DNA of 64,000 nucleotides from the human T2T-CHM13v2.0 reference genome, Homo sapiens, in NCBI RefSeq assembly GCF_009914755.1, contig NC_060933.1; one strand, given 5' to 3'. Positions 56,901 to 64,000 of this stretch are shown here, one piece after another (the stretch's first letter is position 1; each line of letters begins with the position of its first letter). Under the pieces are notes generated by a model. That model worked only from the letters and a program-made list of their open reading frames with translations. It was not told the origin of the DNA and did not search any database. The translations under genes were made by a program, and so were the position numbers.

Positions 56901-59900
56901 TTGCAATCGAATGGAATGGAATGGAATTAACCCGAATAGAATGGAATGGAATGGAATGGAACGGAACGGAACAGAATGGAATGGAATGGAATGGAATGGA
57001 ATGGAATGGAATGGAACGGAAAGGAATGGAATGGAATGGAATGGAATGGAATGGAATGGAATGGAATGGAATGGAATCAACGCGAGTACAGGGGAATGGA
57101 ATGGAATGGAATGCAATGGAATGGAATCTTCCGGAATGGAATGGAATGGAATGGAATGGAATGGAATGGAATAAACCCGAGTGCAATGGAATGGAGTGGA
57201 ATGGAATGGAATGGAATGGAACAGCCCGAATGGAATGGAATGTAATGGAGAGTAAGGGAGTTGAGTAGAATCAATCCGAATGTAATGGAATGGAATGGAA
57301 CGGAATGGAATTGAATGGAATGGAATGGAATGCAATGGAATGGAATCAACCCGAGTGCAATGGAATGGAGAGGAATGGAATGGAATGGAATGGAAACTAC
57401 CCGAATGGAATGGAATGTAATGGAGTGTAAGGGAATTGAATAGAATCAATCCGAATGTAATGGAATGGAATGGAATGGAATGGAATGCAATGGAATGGAA
57501 TCAACCCGAGTGCAATCGAATGGAATCGAATGGAATGGAATGCAATGGAATGGATTCAACTTGAATGGAATGGAAAGAATGGAATCAACACGAGTGGAAG
57601 GGCATGGATTAGAATGCAATGGAATGGAATCAACCCGAGTACAGGGGAACGGAATGGAATGGAATGCAATGGAATGGAATCAAAACGATTGCAATCGAAT
57701 GGAATGGAATGGAATTAACCCGAATAGAATGGAATGGAATGGAATGGAAGGGAACGGAATTGAATGGAATGGAATCAACCCGAGTGCAGGGGAATGGAAT
57801 GGAATGGAATGCAATGGAATGGAATCATCCGGAATGGAATGGAATGGAATGGAATGCAAAGCAATGGAATCAACTCGATTGCAATGGAATGGAATTGAAT
57901 GGAAAGGAATACATTGGAATCAACCCGAGTGGAATGGAATGGAAAGGACTGGAATGGAGTGGAATGTAATGGAATGGAATGGAATGGAATCAACTCGTTT
58001 GGAATGGAATGGAATGGAATGGAATGGAATGGAATTAACCCGAATAGAATGGAATGGAATGGAATGGAACGGAACGGAACGGAATGGAATGGAATGGAAT
58101 GGAATGGAATGGAATGGAATGGAATCAACCCGACTGCAGGGGAATGGAATGGAATGGAATGCAATGGAATGGATTCAACTTGAATGGAATGGAAAGAATG
58201 GAATCAACACGAGTGGAATGGCATGGATTGGAATGGAATGGAATGGAATCAACCCGAGTACAGGGGAATGGAATGGAATGGAATGCAATGGAATGGAATC
58301 ATCCGTAATTGAATGGAAAGGAATGGAATGGAATGGAATGGAATGGAATCAACCCGAATGCAGGGGAATGGAATGGAATGGAATGGAATGGAATGGAATG
58401 GAATGGAATGGAATGGAATGGTATGGAATGGAATGGAATGGTACGGAATAGAATAAAATGGAACGAATTGTAATGGAATGGAATGGAATGGAATGGAATG
58501 GAATCAACGCGAGTGCAGGGGAATGTAATGGAACGGAATGCAATGGAATGGAATCATCCGAAATGGAATGGAATGGAATGCAATGGAATGGAATGGATTG
58601 GAATCAACCCGAGTGCAATGGAATGGAGTGAAATGGAATGGAATGGAAACAACCAGAATGGATTGGAATATAATGGAGTTTAAGGGAATTGAAAAGAATC
58701 AATCTGAATGTAATGAAATGGAATGGAACGGAATGGAATGGAATGGAATGCAATGGAATGGAATGCAATGGAATGGAATCAACCCGAGTGAAATCGAATG
58801 GAATCGAATGCAATGGAATGCAATGGAATGGATTCAACTTGAATGGAAAGGAAAGAATGGAATCAACACGAGTGGAAAGGCATGGATTGGAATGGAATGG
58901 AATGGAATCAACCCGAGTACAGGGGAATGGAATGGAATGGAATGTAATGGAATGGAATCATCAGTAATGGAATGGAAAGGAATGGAAAGGACTGGAATGG
59001 AATGGAATGGAATGGAATGGAATGGAATGGAATCAACTCGATTTCAATCGAATGGAATGGAATGGAATTAATCCGAATAGAATGGAATGGAATGGAATGG
59101 AACGGAACGGAACGGAATGGAATGGAATCGAATGGAATGGAACGGAAAGGAATGGAATGGAATGGAATGGAATGGAATGGAATGGAATGGAATCAACGCG
59201 AGTGCAGGGGAATGGAATGGAATCGAATGGAATGGAAAGGAATGGAATGGAATCAACCCGAGTGCAGGGGAATGTAATGGAACGGAATGCAATGGAATGG
59301 AATCATCCGGAATGGAATGGAATGGAATGGAATGGAATCAACCCGAGTGCAATGGAATGGAGTGGAATGGAATGGAATGGAATGGAACAACCCGAATGGA
59401 ATGGAATGTAATGGAGAGTAAGGGAGTTGAAAAGAATCAATCCGAATGGAATGGAACGGAATGGAATGGAATGGAATGGAATGGAATGGAATGGAACGGA
59501 ACGGAACGGAACGGAACGGAATGGAATGGAATGGAATGGAATGGAATGGAATGGAACGGAACGGAACGGAACGGAATGGAATGGAATGGAATGGAATGGA
59601 ATGGAATGGAATCAACCCGACTGCAGGGGAATGGAATGGAATGGAATGCAATGGAATGGATTCAACTTGAATGGAATGGAAAGAATGGAATCAACACGAG
59701 TGGAATGGCATGGATTGGAATGGAATGGAATGGAATGAACCCGAGTACAGGGGAATGGAATGGAATGGAATGCAATGGAATGGAATCATCCGGAATGGAA
59801 TGGAATGGAATGGAATGGAATGGAATGGAATGGAATGGAATGGAATCAACTCGATTGCAATCGAATGGAATGGAATGGAATTAACCCGAATAGAATGGAA

Positions 59901-62440
59901 TGGAATGGAATGGAACGGAACGGAACAGAATGGAATGGAATGGAATGGAATGGAATGGAATGGAATGGAACGGAAAGGAATGGAATGGAATGGAATGGAA
60001 TGGAATGGAATGGAATGGAATGGAATCAACGCGAGTACAGGGGAATGGAATGGAATGGAATGCAATGGAATGGAATCTTCCGGAATGGAATGGAATGGAA
60101 TGGAATGGAATGGAATGGAATAAACCCGAGTGCAATGGAATGGAGTGGAATGGAATGGAATGGAATGGAACAGCCCGAATGGAATGGAATGTAATGGAGA
60201 GTAAGGGAGTTGAGTAGAATCAATCCGAATGTAATGGAATGGAATGGAACGGAATGGAATTGAATGGAATGGAATGGAATGCAATGGAATGGAATCAACC
60301 CGAGTGCAATGGAATGGAGAGGAATGGAATGGAATGGAATGGAAACTACCCGAATGGAATGGAATGTAATGGAGTGTAAGGGAATTGAATAGAATCAATC
60401 CGAATGTAATGGAATGGAATGGAATGGAATGGAATGCAATGGAATGGAATCAACCCGAGTGCAATCGAATGGAATCGAATGGAATGGAATGCAATGGAAT
60501 GGATTCAACTTGAATGGAATGGAAAGAATGGAATCAACACGAGTGGAAGGGCATGGATTAGAATGCAATGGAATGGAATCAACCCGAGTACAGGGGAATG
60601 GAATGGAATGGAATGCAATGGAATGGAATCAAAACGATTGCAATCGAATGGAATGGAATGGAATTAACCCGAATAGAATGGAATGGAATGGAATGGAAGG
60701 GAACGGAATTGAATGGAATGGAATCAACCCGAGTGCAGGGGAATGGAATGGAATGGAATGCAATGGAATGGAATCATCCGGAATGGAATGGAATGGAATG
60801 GAATGCAAAGCAGTGGAATCAACTCGATTGCAATGGAATGGAATTGAATGGAAAGGAATACATTGGAATCAACCCGAGTGGAATGGAATGGAAAGGACTG
60901 GAATGGAGTGGAATGTAATGGAATGGAATGGAATGGAATCAACTCGTTTGGAATGGAATGGAATGGAATGGAATGGAATGGAATTAACCCGAATAGAATG
61001 GAATGGAATGGAATGGAACGGAACGGAACGGAATGGAATGGAATGGAATGGAATGGAATGGAATGGAATGGAATCAACCCGACTGCAGGGGAATGGAATG
61101 GAATGGAATGCAATGGAATGGATTCAACTTGAATGGAATGGAAAGAATGGAATCAACACGAGTGGAATGGCATGGATTGGAATGGAATGGAATGGAATCA
61201 ACCCGAGTACAGGGGAATGGAATGGAATGGAATGCAATGGAATGGAATCATCCGTAATTGAATGGAAAGGAATGGAATGGAATGGAATGGAATGGAATCA
61301 ACCCGAATGCAGGGGAATGGAATGGAATGGAATGGAATGGAATGGAATGGAATGGAATGGAATGGAATGGAATGGTATGGAATGGAATGGAATGGTACGG
61401 AATAGAATAAAATGGAACGAATTGTAATGGAATGGAATGGAATGGAATGGAATGGAATCAACGCGAGTGCAGGGGAATGTAATGGAACGGAATGCAATGG
61501 AATGGAATCATCCGAAATGGAATGGAATGGAATGCAATGGAATGGAATGGATTGGAATCAACCCGAGTGCAATGGAATGGAGTGAAATGGAATGGAATGG
61601 AAACAACCAGAATGGATTGGAATATAATGGAGTTTAAGGGAATTGAAAAGAATCAATCTGAATGTAATGAAATGGAATGGAACGGAATGGAATGGAATGG
61701 AATGCAATGGAATGGAATGCAATGGAATGGAATCAACCCGAGTGAAATCGAATGGAATCGAATGCAATGGAATGCAATGGAATGGATTCAACTTGAATGG
61801 AAAGGAAAGAATGGAATCAACACGAGTGGAAAGGCATGGATTGGAATGGAATGGAATGGAATCAACCCGAGTACAGGGGAATGGAATGGAATGGAATGTA
61901 ATGGAATGGAATCATCAGTAATGGAATGGAAAGGAATGGAAAGGACTGGAATGGAATGGAATGGAATGGAATGGAATGGAATGGAATCAACTCGATTTCA
62001 ATCGAATGGAATGGAATGGAATTAATCCGAATAGAATGGAATGGAATGGAATGGAACGGAACGGAACGGAATGGAATGGAATCGAATGGAATGGAACGGA
62101 AAGGAATGGAATGGAATGGAATGGAATGGAATGGAATGGAATGGAATCAACGCGAGTGCAGGGGAATGGAATGGAATCGAATGGAATGGAAAGGAATGGA
62201 ATGGAATCAACCCGAGTGCAGGGGAATGTAATGGAACGGAATGCAATGGAATGGAATCATCCGGAATGGAATGGAATGGAATGGAATGGAATCAACCCGA
62301 GTGCAATGGAATGGAGTGGAATGGAATGGAATGGAATGGAACAACCCGAATGGAATGGAATGTAATGGAGAGTAAGGGAGTTGAAAAGAATCAATCCGAA
62401 TGGAATGGAACGGAATGGAATGGAATGGAATGGAATGGAA
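53950..62440 (+). repeat. Young higher-order repeat: three near-identical tandem copies (~2595, ~2950, ~2950 bp)
   Basis: Near-identical ORFs at 54870/57465/60414 (328/328/337 aa) and 55943/58538/61492 (177 aa each). Private markers in all three: CAAAACGATT, CAACTCGTTTGG, CATCCGTAATTG, CAACGCGAGTACAGG. Copy starts at ~53950, ~56540 and ~59490. Confidence 0.92.
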
Positions 62441-64000
62441 TGCAAAGGAATGGAATCAACCCGAGTACAATGGAATGGAATGGAATGGAATGGAACGGAA
62501 TGGAATGGAATGGAATGGAATGGAATGCAATGGAATGGAATCTTCCGGAATGGAATGGAATGGAATGGAATGCAATGGATTCAACTCGATTGCAATGGAA
62601 TGGAATAGAATGGAATGGCGTGGAATGGAATGGAATGGAATTAAACCGAATAGAATGGAATGGAATGAAATGGAACGGAACAGAACGGAACGGAACGGAA
62701 CGGAGTGGAATGGAATGGAATGGAATTGTATGGAATGGAATGGAATGGTACGGAATAGAATGGAATGGAAAGAATTGGAATGGAATGGTATCGAATGGAA
62801 TGGAATGGAATGGAATGGAATCAACCCGAGTGCAGGGGAATGTAATGGAACGGAATGCAATGGAATGGAATCATCCGTAATGGAATGGAATGGAATGGAA
62901 TGGAATCAACCCGAGCGCAATGGAATGGAGTGGAATGGAATGGAATGGAATGGAACAACCCGAATGGAATGGAATGTAATGGAGAGTAAGGGAGTTGAAT
63001 AGAATCAATCCGAATGTAATGGAATGGAATGGAACGGAATTGAATGGAATGGAATGGAATGGAATGCAATGGAATGGAATCAACCCGAGGTCAACGGAAT
63101 GGAGAGGAATGGAATGGAATGGAATGGAAACTACACGAATGGAATGGAATGTAATGGAGTGTAAGGGAATTGAATAGAATCAATCCGAATGTAATGGAAT
63201 GGAATGGAACGGATTGGAATGGAATGGAATGGAATGGAATGGAATGGAATGCAATGGAATGGAATCAACCCGAGTGCAATCAAATGGAATCGAATGGAAT
63301 GGAATGCAATGGAATGGATTCAACTTGAATGGAATGGAAAGAATGGAATCAACACGATTGGAATGGCATGGATTGGAATGGAATGGGATGGAATCAACCC
63401 GAGTACAGGGGAATGGAATGGAATGGAATGCAATGGAATGGAATCATCCGTAATGGAATGGAAAGGAATGGAATGGAATGGAATGGAATGGAATGGAATG
63501 GAATGGAATCACCTCGATTGCAATCGAATGGAATGGAATGGAATTAACCCGAATAGAATGGAATGGAATGGAATGGAACGGAACGGAATGGAATGGAATG
63601 GAATGGAATGGAACGGAAAGGAAGGGAATGGAATGGAATAGAATGGAATGGAATGGAATGGAATCAACGCGAGTGCAGGGGAATGGAATGGAATGGAATG
63701 CAATGGAATGGAATCTTCCGGAATGGAATGGAATGGAATGGAATGGAATGGAATGGAATGGAATCAACCCGAGTGCAATGGAATGGAGTGGAATGGAATG
63801 GAATGGAATGGAACAACCCGAATGGAATGGAATGTAATGGAGAGTAAGGGAGTTGAATAGAATCAATCCGAATGTAATGGAATGGAATGGAACGGAATGG
63901 AATGGAATGGAATGGAATGGAATGCAATGGAATGGAATCAACCCGAGTGCAATGGAATGGAGAGGAATGGAATGCAATGGAATGGAAACTACCCGAATGG

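Larger units (their letters stand above)
1..64000 (+). repeat. Human-type Satellite III (HSat3) array: (GGAAT)n with CAACCCGAGT-type spacers, G-rich strand on +
   Basis: Seen: GGAAT pentamers from base 1 to 64000, interrupted by CAACCCGAGT, CAACTCGATT, TAACCCGAAT, CAACGCGAGT, CATCC and CTTCC words. Established: (ATTCC)n plus the ACTCGGGTTG decamer (reverse complement of CAACCCGAGT) is the classical Satellite 3 signature. It lacks the ~26-bp CATTCGATTC-dominated organisation of HSat2. Chromosome, subfamily and species (human vs other great ape) cannot be assigned by eye. Confidence 0.98.

Noticed and set aside
54870-61427. Three near-identical 328-337 aa ORFs resembling a tandem gene family
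   Set aside because: They reflect recent DNA duplication of satellite. I used them only as alignment markers.
1-64000. CRISPR-like alternation of constant words and variable intervals
   Set aside because: The intervals are GGAAT runs rather than unique spacers, and there is no leader or cas gene.
1-64000. Telomeric repeat, G-quadruplex array, alpha satellite or CENP-B boxes
   Set aside because: There is no TTAGGG array. G-runs of 3 or more are isolated (CAGGGG, AAGGG) rather than four clustered tracts. There is no 171-bp alphoid monomer, and I saw no CENP-B box.
1-64000. Inversions or Alu/L1/ERV insertions
   Set aside because: No (ATTCC)n tract on the + strand, no poly(A) tail, no target-site duplication and no non-satellite segment were seen.

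Overview
All 64 kb is one uninterrupted, single-orientation array of primate (human-type) Satellite III (HSat3). It consists of (GGAAT)n on the + strand, punctuated every few pentamers by a small vocabulary of CpG-containing spacer words, chiefly the diagnostic CAACCCGAGT. I see no genes, RNA genes, transposons, CRISPR or unique sequence. The hundreds of MEWNG / FHSIP ORFs are artefacts of a stop-free pentamer. I find no new gene-based system here. The interesting biology is in the array architecture: (1) an ordered word grammar with a ~860-bp core cycle built from paralogous ~175-bp submodules; (2) a distinct sub-domain at ~14.9-22.5 kb with a ~1-kb unit; (3) several nested tandem and long-range duplications, including a young, chimeric ~2.6-2.95-kb higher-order repeat at ~54-62.4 kb; (4) about 26 perfect heat-shock elements (gGAAtcTTCcgGAAt) created by one spacer word and absent from an 11.6-kb stretch; (5) a recurrent 14-bp perfect palindrome. 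All counts and coordinates were read by eye, and duplication boundaries are approximate (about +/-50 bp) because they lie in pure pentamer tracts.
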